NCBI GenBank assembly: GCA_964537195.1
Contig: CAZHYZ010000001.1
Location: forward strand, 93,100 to 157,099
Length of the DNA stretch: 64,000 nt
Direction: 5' to 3'
Origin: an uncultured Methanosarcinales archaeon
GTDB lineage: Archaea > Nanobdellota > Nanobdellia > Woesearchaeales > GW2011-AR15
Below the pieces are notes generated by a model that saw only the letters and a list, made by a program, of their open reading frames with translations, was not told the origin of the DNA and searched no databases. Within the stretch, counting starts at the first letter, position 1, and the number at the start of each line of letters is the position of its first letter. Shown here piece after piece: positions 16,157 through 25,137 of the stretch. Position numbers and translations under genes: made by a program.

Positions 16157-18783
16157 TTTTCGCTTAATTTGTCTAATTTTTCTCTTTCTTCTTTTGTCAA
16201 ACTAGATTTTCTCTTTTTATCTCTCTTGCTAATAATTTCAAGTTCTTCAAATGCATCTTCTTTTGATATGTCTTCTAATCTATTAAATGAACTGCCTTTA
16301 GAAACTTTGTCAGGTATTTTTCCAAGTTTCTCGTAAACTTGCTTTTCAATAGGTCTTATCTTTGGCTCTGTTTCTTCAGCAAACTCATCAAAGATAGACC
16401 TCATTTTTTTTAATCTTAGTTTTTGTCTTTTTTCTCTTAGTTTTTGATCTAGTTCTGTTATTTGAGTACGTTGTTCTGGTTGTTGTGTTGATGTTGAAAC
16501 TGGCAATGGTTCTTTCTCCATTTGTTTTTGTGTCTCTTTAAAATTAACCATTGGTTTTTTCCCAGAGGGTTTAATCTTGGTTTTTGGAGTCTTTGGACTA
16601 TTTTGTGCAAATAGAACTATGCCTCCAACAACGGCTCCAAGTCCTAAAATAAACAATAATATATTCATGAAATATGATTTTGGAAAACTATCAGGATTAT
16701 CTGGTTCAGTGTCATTGTCATATTCCTGTTTATCTGTGTAGCCATCACCATCTGTATCTTCTTTATTTATGTCACTACCAAAAAAACATTCGATTTTATT
16801 TGTTAATCCATCACCATCATCATCAACATCAGCGTCGCTTGAATTATTTGGATTAAGCCCACATTCTTCCTCTTTTATGTCAGTTATTCCATCACCGTCA
16901 CTATCGGCATTGGGATCAAATGGTTTATCCGTATCATCATTTGGGTCTGAGTTTTCATTAATTTCTTCATAATCAGTGTAACCATCATCATCACTATCCT
17001 CTAGTAAGGGGTTTGTTTCATAATTATACTCTTCTAAATTAGTAAGGCCGTCATCATCAGCATCCTCTTCAGCATCTGTTGGGTCGTTAAGATTAAAACC
17101 ATATTCTGTTTCAAAAGCATCAGACATGCCGTCATCATCAGCATCCATGTTTTTTGGAAGACAATCAACATCCTCAGATTCTGTGCAATCTGGATCACAC
17201 ACAGAATCTTCTTCTCCAAGACAGCACCCATCTTCCTCATTTAAACACAAATCTACTTCAATTTCAAAAGAGCCACTAACAGATTTGTTTCCAGAATCTG
17301 TTGCTCTATAACAGATAGTGGAGTCTTCTTTTATTGAAAGGGGAACATAGTACGTTCTATATCCGCAAACCCCGCATTGTTGACAAGAACTATTTGTATC
17401 CGAATCAATAATAAAATATTGGACATTTTTACATGGTCCGTCATCGTCTTTACATATTAGGCTAATCTTAACTTCAGAAGCAGATGCTGCTTCAGTATAA
17501 TTAATTGTGGGGGGATTATTGGTTTGGCAATATTCGGCAGTGCTAGGTAAAATTTCTGTACTGCTGCTTTTTTTGGTAGTTCCATTATTCCCAGCCAAGT
17601 CAGTTGCATATACACTCCAATAGTACTCAACACCAACACTTAGGTTGAGTCCTCCAAGAATTGCTGTTTTTTCTGTAAATCCCTCAACTATTGTTTCGTT
17701 CTCATCTTCAAAAACATAATGATAACCTTTTAGTCCAATGTTGTCTGTACTTGAGAAACTTGCACTTATGTTTGTAGTATTACACCAATAATCTGGAGCA
17801 GATATTGTTGGCGTTGAAGGTTTACTTAGATCAACAACAAAAGATATCTCTTCTTCTTTTACATCTGGTTTTCCTTGGTCAAAAACACATTGTATAAGGA
17901 TATTATAAGGTCCTTGTTCTTTTATTTCTAATTGTCTTAGGTGTGTCTTTGTATGTTCTCCTTGGAAAGTATTAAGAAAATTCTCTCCATAATAACAAAC
18001 AGCATCTCTGTTTGTTTTAATAATGACATCAACCTCTTCAGTGGCAATATGTCCTGCTGGAGACATTTCTACTATTTTGTTAGGTAGGGATCTGTTGACA
18101 GCAAAAGTAATTGTTTCTGGAGCAGTTTTATCTCCAGCCCTATTTTCACAGAAGACAGCATATGTATAATTTGTGTTATCCTGAAGGTTAGTTATGTGAT
18201 ATTGATTATCTTGAGTAAAATCAGAAAGATTAACTTGGGAAAAGAAATTAGATATCTCCTCTTCTTGTGTTGGGGGTTCACCAAAAAAACAAACTGTCTT
18301 ATCATCTGTCTCTGCGTGTAAAGTTACTTCCAAATTCTCAATAACTGGATTAGGGTCTGCATATGCACTAATAATTGATGGAGGCGTCTTATCAACCCCA
18401 ATAGTTAATTCTTTTGGATACCCATTGTTAATATAACCATTATCTAGAACTTTACATAGGACATAGACTTTTTTCTCATCTTGTGGATAACCATAATGAA
18501 AATCCTCTATCGTATGATTAAAACCATCCCTTGTAAAATAATTGTCTGTTGAGAAAATCTCAGAAAAATTATAATTAGGGTTTGTACTATAACGACACTC
18601 AGAGATATTGCTAACACGAACAACAAAATTAAAAGTATCTACTTTTGAAATACCAAACATTGGTTCTAAAAGTGTGATATTAATGAGACTTCTGTTATAA
18701 TCTGCATATGCAAAAGGAACCACATAAAATAGTAAGAAAACTATCAAAATAACCCTGCTTAAACTATTTTTCAACAATTTCAC
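16153..18783 (-). CDS. Cell-surface protein: Ig/FN3-like domains, Ca-binding DxDxDG repeats, C-terminal TM and charged cytoplasmic tail
   Basis: Signal peptide; DKTPP and YYWSVYATDLAGN Ig-like motifs; repeated D(S/A/T)DDDG(L/Y)T(N/D)xEE; TM FMNILLFILGLGAVVGGIVLFA. Confidence 0.7.
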   Translation of the reverse strand: MKLLKNSLSRVILIVFLLFYVVPFAYADYNRSLINITLLEPMFGISKVDTFNFVVRVSNISECRYSTNPNYNFSEIFSTDNYFTRDGFNHTIEDFHYGYPQDEKKVYVLCKVLDNGYINNGYPKELTIGVDKTPPSIISAYADPNPVIENLEVTLHAETDDKTVCFFGEPPTQEEEISNFFSQVNLSDFTQDNQYHITNLQDNTNYTYAVFCENRAGDKTAPETITFAVNRSLPNKIVEMSPAGHIATEEVDVIIKTNRDAVCYYGENFLNTFQGEHTKTHLRQLEIKEQGPYNILIQCVFDQGKPDVKEEEISFVVDLSKPSTPTISAPDYWCNTTNISASFSSTDNIGLKGYHYVFEDENETIVEGFTEKTAILGGLNLSVGVEYYWSVYATDLAGNNGTTKKSSSTEILPSTAEYCQTNNPPTINYTEAASASEVKISLICKDDDGPCKNVQYFIIDSDTNSSCQQCGVCGYRTYYVPLSIKEDSTICYRATDSGNKSVSGSFEIEVDLCLNEEDGCCLGEEDSVCDPDCTESEDVDCLPKNMDADDDGMSDAFETEYGFNLNDPTDAEEDADDDGLTNLEEYNYETNPLLEDSDDDGYTDYEEINENSDPNDDTDKPFDPNADSDGDGITDIKEEECGLNPNNSSDADVDDDGDGLTNKIECFFGSDINKEDTDGDGYTDKQEYDNDTEPDNPDSFPKSYFMNILLFILGLGAVVGGIVLFAQNSPKTPKTKIKPSGKKPMVNFKETQKQMEKEPLPVSTSTQQPEQRTQITELDQKLREKRQKLRLKKMRSIFDEFAEETEPKIRPIEKQVYEKLGKIPDKVSKGSSFNRLEDISKEDAFEELEIISKRDKKRKSSLTKEEREKLDKLSEK

Positions 18784-18831
18784 CTGCTTTTTAACTAGAA
18801 ATAAGAAAAAGAGAGTTTAAATATTTTGTTA

Positions 18832-19575
18832 TTAGTCATTATCGACTCTCGGTGCAAGAACAAATGTAAGAGATAATTTGTCTGTAGTCTTATATTCTAA
18901 CTTTAATGGATAATCATCACTAAATCTGATAACTACTTTATCACTTAACTTGCTGCCCTGTATCATTTTTTTCAAGTATTCTATAGAATATTTTGATCTT
19001 ACAGGATCTTCACCTTCTTTTGTTATTACAGTACTATCTCCTTCGGGAATCTCAATCTTTGCTTGTGACAAATCACCTTCTGCTTTAACAGTAAACTTCT
19101 TTTGATCACATTGAAACTGTACAGATTCTGCAACTATAGAAACATCTTCAATTGCCTCATCCAAAATAGAAGTATCTGCCTGTATAGATAATGGAAATGT
19201 CAGAGAAGGAATTTTTTGTTCTCTTTCCTCCAATTCAATTATGGGCAAAAAGAAAGTTCTTGTTGTATTACCTTTTATTGTAACTTTAAAACGGCCATCT
19301 GATTGTTCTAATGTTAGAACATCTGCAGAACCAGCTCTCCTTAACACTTGTTTTAGATTATTGAGATTAAGTGCAATCTTTTGCGGTTTATCTACCTTAT
19401 ATTCTGTAAAACTACTACCTAGCAATTTGTAAATAACCATTGCTACGTTTGCAGGATCCATAGCAACCAAGTCTATGGAGTCTTTAGTTATTGAAAAACT
19501 AGCTTCTGTGACAAGTTCAGAAATTATTGATACACTATCTTTTAGTAATTTTGGATCAGCTAAAGTAAGTTTCAT
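18832..19575 (-). CDS. pcn: DNA polymerase sliding clamp PCNA
   Basis: AMDPANVAMV, SKYSIEYLKKM, DYPLKLEY, FVLAPRVD. Confidence 0.97.
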   Translation of the reverse strand: MKLTLADPKLLKDSVSIISELVTEASFSITKDSIDLVAMDPANVAMVIYKLLGSSFTEYKVDKPQKIALNLNNLKQVLRRAGSADVLTLEQSDGRFKVTIKGNTTRTFFLPIIELEEREQKIPSLTFPLSIQADTSILDEAIEDVSIVAESVQFQCDQKKFTVKAEGDLSQAKIEIPEGDSTVITKEGEDPVRSKYSIEYLKKMIQGSKLSDKVVIRFSDDYPLKLEYKTTDKLSLTFVLAPRVDND

Positions 19576-19631
19576 TTTACACCCCCAAATATATAGACCA
19601 AGAATAATGACATAATTTATAAATATTCCGC

Positions 19632-20966
19632 CTATAATTCCAGCCTCTGGCCGTCATTCATCAAGTGGACAGTTTTACCAAGTTTGTAGCCCATTTCTTT
19701 GGCTAACTCAGCCATATGAACTGTTTTCTCAATGCTAGCATGGGCAGGTATTATGTGCTTAGGTTTAACCATGTTAATGAAATCTCTGTGGTCTTCTCTT
19801 GAGGCATGTCCACTCTGATGAATACCTCTGAAGATTCTAACTTTTGATAATTTTAAATTATTTTCCAAGGCCTGTCTGTTTGCTATATTTACCGGAGAAG
19901 GAATAACAGAGCATGAGAAAATCACATGATCCTGCTCAAACAACTTAAAACCAATTTTTTTATTTGCTATTTCCTGCAATACAGAACCGGGTTCACCTTG
20001 GTGTCCAGTACACACAACTATATATTTATCACGGCCTTCTTTCTCTATATCTCTTAATTTTTTCTTTACTTTACTCTTCCAAGGAATAATTTCAACATGT
20101 TTTGAGAAATCAACAAGACCAATATCTTCTGCAGCATATACATATTTGGCAAGGGATCTGCCCATAAACACAATTTTTCTCTTCATTTCTTTCCCAAAAT
20201 CTATTATGGATTTTAACCTGGCTATATGAGATGAAAAAGTAGTAACAATAACTGCTTTATTCTTTGAATCAATATTGAGCATAACATCTTTTAACATTTC
20301 TCTGGCTATGTTTTCAGAAGGCGTCTTTCTTGGTTTATAGGCATATAATGAATCTAGAATTAGAGCATTTACTTTTCCTTCCTTTCCTAACATCTTAATT
20401 CTCTCATAATCAGGTATAGGACCAAAGACAGGATTATTATCTAGTTTGAAATCATTTGCATAAACAACTTGGCCTTCAGGAGTATGGATAACAACAATTG
20501 CAGTATGTGGAATACTGTGTGTTACTGCAACAAATTCTACAGTCAAAAAATTTGATAGTTGTTTTTTCTGTCCATTTTCCAGAACTATGATTTCATTATG
20601 GAGAGCAATTTTATTATCTTTTAAGATTGCTTTTAGAACAGATGCAGTATATGGTGTACAAATAATTGGAGCATCATATTTTGCAGCCATATAAGGGATA
20701 GCACCAATATGATCAAGATGTGCATGGCTTGGTATTATGGCAAGTACTTTCTTTTTTATTTTATTAATTACAGAATCATTTGGAATAGCTCCTGCAATAG
20801 TCAAATCTCTCATAGTCAAATTGTCTTGTTCTTCTTCGTCTGTTAATTGTATGTAGCTTTCTAAATGAAGACCCATGTCTAATATGACTGCCTCTTTTTT
20901 ATATTGAATAGCAGTCATGTTCTTTCCAACTTCTGAATATCCGCCGATTGTTGTTATTTTTACCAT
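19632..20966 (-). CDS. rnj: Ribonuclease J (metallo-beta-lactamase/beta-CASP)
   Basis: GGYSEVGKNMT, HAHLDHIGA, THSIPH, TTFSSHIARL, CTGHQGEP, HQSGHA. Confidence 0.93.
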   Translation of the reverse strand: MVKITTIGGYSEVGKNMTAIQYKKEAVILDMGLHLESYIQLTDEEEQDNLTMRDLTIAGAIPNDSVINKIKKKVLAIIPSHAHLDHIGAIPYMAAKYDAPIICTPYTASVLKAILKDNKIALHNEIIVLENGQKKQLSNFLTVEFVAVTHSIPHTAIVVIHTPEGQVVYANDFKLDNNPVFGPIPDYERIKMLGKEGKVNALILDSLYAYKPRKTPSENIAREMLKDVMLNIDSKNKAVIVTTFSSHIARLKSIIDFGKEMKRKIVFMGRSLAKYVYAAEDIGLVDFSKHVEIIPWKSKVKKKLRDIEKEGRDKYIVVCTGHQGEPGSVLQEIANKKIGFKLFEQDHVIFSCSVIPSPVNIANRQALENNLKLSKVRIFRGIHQSGHASREDHRDFINMVKPKHIIPAHASIEKTVHMAELAKEMGYKLGKTVHLMNDGQRLEL

Positions 20967-21047
20967 TCTCTTTTTTAGAAAATTATAGACTTATAAAACT
21001 TTGGTAAAGAGTTAGTTATAAAAGCAACATAAACATTTCTTTTAATA

Positions 21048-21836
21048 ATGAAACTTAACTTGAGAAAACCCTATAAATTAAAAGAGGAGAAAGTTGTCTC
21101 TGAGATACTTTTAAAAAAGAATAATAACGTTAAATTGGCTCGTGTTCTATTATTATTTAATACACCTATTAAGAAATATCCTAATTTTGGTGTTTGGTGT
21201 TATCTTATTTACTCTGATACTGGTGTGATAGTATTTGATACAGGTCCAAAATACAAGACGAGCGTACCTTTTGTAAGAATGAGGCGCCATTTTAGAGAAA
21301 ATAACAATGTAGATATTATCTTACAGACATTAGATAAATATTTTCCCGGAAAGACAATAAGAGAAATCTTACTGTCACATTATCATTTTGATCATTCTGA
21401 AACCGCACCAGAACTACAACAAAGAGTATATGAAGAATATGGCAACATACCTCCGATTAGATTACACATAAATGATTATTATCAAAGAAAATTCATGAGA
21501 CTTTATAGAGATTCTTTAGGTAAATTATACAAAAAAGCTGGTTATGACAATTGGTCTATTGGAAAATTTGTTGAAGATAACGAAGTTATTGATGGTACAA
21601 ATTTTGTAGTTAAACATCTTCCTGGCCACACAACCGGAACAATAGGTTTAGTTAATGATAAAGATAAAGTAGTTATTTGTGGTTGGTGGGCTCAGGAAGT
21701 AGATAATAAATTGATAAAAATAATGATGAAATTTCTTGATGAAGACCTCCAAGAATTAAAAAATTCTTCAAAAAAAGTACAATTTGAGGATTACAAATAT
21801 TATTATTATCACCCAAAATACTGGGCGGAAACTTAA
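21048..21836 (+). CDS. MBL-fold metallo-hydrolase
   Basis: VFDTG, SHYHFDHS (HxHxDH), HLPGHTTG. Confidence 0.75.
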   Translation: MKLNLRKPYKLKEEKVVSEILLKKNNNVKLARVLLLFNTPIKKYPNFGVWCYLIYSDTGVIVFDTGPKYKTSVPFVRMRRHFRENNNVDIILQTLDKYFPGKTIREILLSHYHFDHSETAPELQQRVYEEYGNIPPIRLHINDYYQRKFMRLYRDSLGKLYKKAGYDNWSIGKFVEDNEVIDGTNFVVKHLPGHTTGTIGLVNDKDKVVICGWWAQEVDNKLIKIMMKFLDEDLQELKNSSKKVQFEDYKYYYYHPKYWAET

Positions 21837-22330
21837 TGTTTAATTTCTGTAATCTTTGGAACCCAATGGAGAAGCATAATATATATAATTAATCCAAACA
21901 AAGCTATGCCTAAGTCTGCTAGGTATAATAGCCTGATTATTCTTAATTCAATCCGGTTCTCAACAAAAACAATAGATATTTGATATAAAGAATAAGCTAT
22001 TGCAATAACATAATTTATTAAGATTCCGTGGTGAATTCCCATTACCAAGACCTTATTTTTTCTTTTCTTGAATTTTTTATTTCTTAACCTAGGGAAAATC
22101 TCTGTTGTACCAACATAAATTGTGAGGGCTGAGAAAACCATCCAGAATAACAAACTAACTGCTCTTCTTAATAAGAGAAGATCAAAATCAATCTCATTTG
22201 CTTTCCTGAATAATATGGTGATGCTTCCACCACTCAATATTCCAAAGAAAACAAAGAAACCGATTAAAGAGAAAGCCATTAGTAAGAATATGATTGTGCT
22301 ATGCACTCTTAGTCTTGTTTTTTCGTTCAT
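21833..22330 (-). CDS. Four-TM membrane protein, unknown function
   Basis: Four hydrophobic segments in the translation. Confidence 0.6.
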   Translation of the reverse strand: MNEKTRLRVHSTIIFLLMAFSLIGFFVFFGILSGGSITILFRKANEIDFDLLLLRRAVSLLFWMVFSALTIYVGTTEIFPRLRNKKFKKRKNKVLVMGIHHGILINYVIAIAYSLYQISIVFVENRIELRIIRLLYLADLGIALFGLIIYIMLLHWVPKITEIKH

Positions 22331-22501
22331 TTAATTTTGTTAAATTAAGGTATATTAAAAGTTTTACGATATAAGAAATATGCGAAGGGCAGATAAAGAT
22401 AATGCAGAGATAATCGACATTATCAGACCTGCACTTCTTGTGCACAAAAAACAATATGTTTTTTGGCATCCTGAAAATCAAAAAGATTTTCATGATTTCA
22501 A

Positions 22502-22613
22502 TGCGAAGGGCAGGAATTTCGTAATTTGACTTGGTCAAAACATTTCGAACCTGCGAACCCACTAAGGGAGCAGCTCTTGAGGCTGGCGCGTTTGGCCACT
22601 TCGCTACCTTCGC
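22502..22613 (-). tRNA. tRNA-Leu(CAA) with 28-nt intron at position 59/60 (intron 22516-22543)
   Basis: Acceptor GCGAAGG/CCTTCGC+A, anticodon loop CT-CAA-GA, long variable arm, T stem GCAGG/CCTGC. BHB: helix TTCG/CGAA with 3-nt bulges AAA and ATT; splicing restores TTCGAAT. Confidence 0.92.
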
Positions 22614-22648
22614 ATGAATTAGAAAGAAACACAAACATCTTTTAAATT

Positions 22649-23155
22649 TTATCCAAGTTTAAACCTTTTTACAACATTCCATTCTTCTGGAACATCTCCC
22701 CCAGTAACTAAATTTATTTCTTTTACTTTAAATTCTGCAGATATGTCTCCAAGTTTTTTCACAATTTCTTTCTTAATTTTTTCAGGAAAATCACCATACA
22801 ACAAACTTAGATGAGGGAGATACTCTCTTATATTGTAATTAATGAAAAGACCTCTTGCTTTTTTTGCTGCATTCATAATCTCAGGACTTTTTTCTGCTAA
22901 AGCAATGACACATCTGTAATAATCAAACATATATGATGCTTTAACAATCTTTAGATTAAACGGTTTAATCTTTTTGCTGAGTATTTCTGTTTTCTCAAAG
23001 ACATCCTCATCAGTTACAGAAGCTATTAAGGTTACATGTGGTTCAAACTTCGGAGCATTATATTTCTCAGCAAGATTATTAATTATTTTTTGGAATTTAT
23101 TAAAAATAGAACCATTGGGCATCAACCATAGTGAATGTATCATTTTTTCTTTCAT
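22649..23155 (-). CDS. 2H phosphoesterase (cyclic phosphodiesterase / 2'-5' RNA ligase-like)
   Basis: Two HxT/S motifs: PHVTL and PHLSL. Confidence 0.85.
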   Translation of the reverse strand: MKEKMIHSLWLMPNGSIFNKFQKIINNLAEKYNAPKFEPHVTLIASVTDEDVFEKTEILSKKIKPFNLKIVKASYMFDYYRCVIALAEKSPEIMNAAKKARGLFINYNIREYLPHLSLLYGDFPEKIKKEIVKKLGDISAEFKVKEINLVTGGDVPEEWNVVKRFKLG

Positions 23156-23209
23156 AACTATTAGTTAAAAAACAGAAATATTTATAATTTGTTAATATGT
23201 AACAAATTT

Positions 23210-23596
23210 ATGGAAAAACAAGATAAAACTTTCATTATCACTTTTTTGCTTACTTTGACATTGTTAGTTTTTTTGCTAAGAGGAACAATAACAGGACATG
23301 TTGTCCAAACCTCTTATTGTGATGACACGGACTGTTATGAATTCTGTACAAAAGAATCTGACTGTGGATTTACTGAAAAGTGTTGTCAAGAGAGAGATTT
23401 CGGAATATGTAAAGAGGACTGTGAAAAAGAGTATGTTTTTAGCCCAGAAATTAATATGGATTCATTGCCTAGATTAGAGCAACCTGCACAAGTTAAGAGC
23501 AACAACATATTGTATTTATTTCTGATATTTGTTACACTGATTATAGGAGGATCTTATTTCTTCCTTAGAAACAAACACATACACATAAAATACTAA
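23210..23596 (+). CDS. Small Cys-rich membrane protein (N- and C-terminal TM)
   Basis: TM followed by TITGHVV, eight Cys, then a second TM. Confidence 0.6.
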   Translation: MEKQDKTFIITFLLTLTLLVFLLRGTITGHVVQTSYCDDTDCYEFCTKESDCGFTEKCCQERDFGICKEDCEKEYVFSPEINMDSLPRLEQPAQVKSNNILYLFLIFVTLIIGGSYFFLRNKHIHIKY

Positions 23597-23598
23597 TT

Positions 23599-24276
23599 TT
23601 ATTTTAGAATTCTACCATTCTTCATTGACCATAACAAAAGGTCAAGTTCATCCATATTTATATTAATATTATCACTAAACTCTTTGTATTTTTCTTCAAT
23701 CTCCAAATATTTATTTTTGTTCATGTATCTTGGCAGATTTATAACATCGTATTCTTCCAAAGTTCTTAAAATATGTTTGTCCAATATAGCAAGTCCAAAT
23801 ATTCCTATGTTTCTTAGAAAATGACTACTCTCTTTATAACCAAGACCCTTTATTTTTTCTGCAAACCATTCTCTCAACTCTTTTATATCATTGTGACTTT
23901 CAATAATCCCTTTAATATCCAATTCATAATTTTCTTTTAGTTTCTCCCGGGCTTCAATTATATATTCTGCTCTTTTATTTGGATATCTGTATCCTGATTC
24001 TTTTAATCTTTCTTGTAATTCTGGTAATGGGGCCGTAAACAAGATGTCTCTTATTGCATCTACACCTTTAAGGCCCATTTCTGCGGAAGTATTTGCAGTT
24101 AACAAACAGAAAACTATTTCTTCAAACAATCTTTCATTTGTGTTTCTTGATACAGGTCTTAACTTCATCTCATTATTCTCATAAAACCAAGACACAGGCT
24201 GAGTATAGAATTTTTTGAAATCTCTTAATCTAGACCTAATTTTTTCCTTCTTCATATCATAGACTTTTTTTATCAT
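23599..24276 (-). CDS. ogg: 8-oxoguanine DNA glycosylase/AP lyase (OGG2 type)
   Basis: FCLLTANTSA, YRYPNKRAEYI, HhH motif IKGLGYKESSHFLRNIG, AILDKHILR. Confidence 0.9.
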   Translation of the reverse strand: MIKKVYDMKKEKIRSRLRDFKKFYTQPVSWFYENNEMKLRPVSRNTNERLFEEIVFCLLTANTSAEMGLKGVDAIRDILFTAPLPELQERLKESGYRYPNKRAEYIIEAREKLKENYELDIKGIIESHNDIKELREWFAEKIKGLGYKESSHFLRNIGIFGLAILDKHILRTLEEYDVINLPRYMNKNKYLEIEEKYKEFSDNININMDELDLLLWSMKNGRILK

Positions 24277-24344
24277 TTTAAAAAATACGCGCCTGAGGAC
24301 AGCAGAAAAAAGTTTTCTTGGCCCTCAGTCGCTTCGCTTTGTTA

Positions 24345-24447
24345 CGCGCCTGAGGAGATTCGAACTCCCGGCCTTCACCTTAGGAGGGTGCTGCTCTTTT
24401 TGGCCCCCAAACAATGTTTGGAGGTATCCAAACTGAGCTACAGGCGC
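24345..24447 (-). tRNA. tRNA-Arg(CCT) with 28-nt D-loop intron (24398-24425)
   Basis: Acceptor GCGCCTG/CAGGCGC+G, D stem GCTC/GAGC, loop CT-CCT-AA, GGGAG-TTCGAAT-CTCCT. Intron BHB: helix TTGG/CCAA, bulges ATA and AAA, internal hairpin CCTCCAAAC/GTTTGGGGG. Confidence 0.92.
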
Positions 24448-24457
24448 ATTTAAGATT

Positions 24458-24526
24458 AGCCAGGCCTCAGCTAACTCTCTTTCTCCCATAAAGGGACTAC
24501 TCCGAAGTATCCTCATCGGCCTGGTC
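24458..24526 (-). ncRNA. Putative C/D box sRNA immediately upstream of tRNA-Arg
   Basis: GC-rich island with terminal stem ACCAGGCC/GGCCTGGC enclosing a C-box-like ATGAGGA and a D box CTGA directly adjacent to the stem. Confidence 0.6.
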
Positions 24527-24603
24527 ATTAAAGGAAAAACATATACATTAAAAAAGTTTAGTAAAAGAAAAATATATAAAACATGTTTCTCTATGAAAAC
24601 ATA

Positions 24604-25137
24604 ATGAAAAAAAGAGGCCAGATAGCAGTAGAGTATATTCTTATTATAACAGTAGCGCTTATGATTATTCTTCCAGGAATTTATCTGTTTAGAAATTATG
24701 TGTCTCAATCAAGTGACCAGATAGTGGAAAGAAGACTAACTGAGATATCTAACTCAATAATAACAAAAGGGAGAAAGATGTATTATTATGGACCACCATC
24801 AAAATCAACGGTAACGGTTGAGTTGCCTCCTGAGATTAGGGCAATGTACCTTCTTGGAGTCAATGGCTCAGATAAGGAAGTAATTGAATCTTACCTAGTT
24901 TTTAGAACAATCTCCTCACAAGGAGAACAAGATTTTCTTTTTGAGTCAGATGTTCCTCTTTATGCTGTGGATGAAGCAAGTAGGTGTGAAATAAGTGATC
25001 AGTGTTCAAAAGGATACTGCATATGTTTTGATAACAGATTTTATTCTAAAGGAATAAAGAACTTTGAAGTGCAGGCTAAAGATTGTATTTTTGGTACTTG
25101 CATATTCATAGATGAAATCTCTCCGGATTTAAGATGA
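24604..25137 (+). CDS. Archaeal pilin-like protein (canonical class III signal peptide)
   Basis: MKKRG/QIAVEYILIITVALMII (Q+1, E+5). Confidence 0.8.
   Translation: MKKRGQIAVEYILIITVALMIILPGIYLFRNYVSQSSDQIVERRLTEISNSIITKGRKMYYYGPPSKSTVTVELPPEIRAMYLLGVNGSDKEVIESYLVFRTISSQGEQDFLFESDVPLYAVDEASRCEISDQCSKGYCICFDNRFYSKGIKNFEVQAKDCIFGTCIFIDEISPDLR

Noticed and set aside
22299..22634. 111-aa ORF in the track (and the 127-aa ORF at 24325-24708)
   Set aside because: They run through tRNA and sRNA genes and are spurious translations.
24458..24526. Hammerhead ribozyme or RNase P RNA reading of the GC-rich element (CCGATGA...GAAA; GAGGA...AGTCC)
   Set aside because: GAAA does not directly follow stem II and no stem III or cleavage triplet is evident; it is too short for RNase P and lacks the 3' conserved region. 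The C/D-box arrangement fits better.
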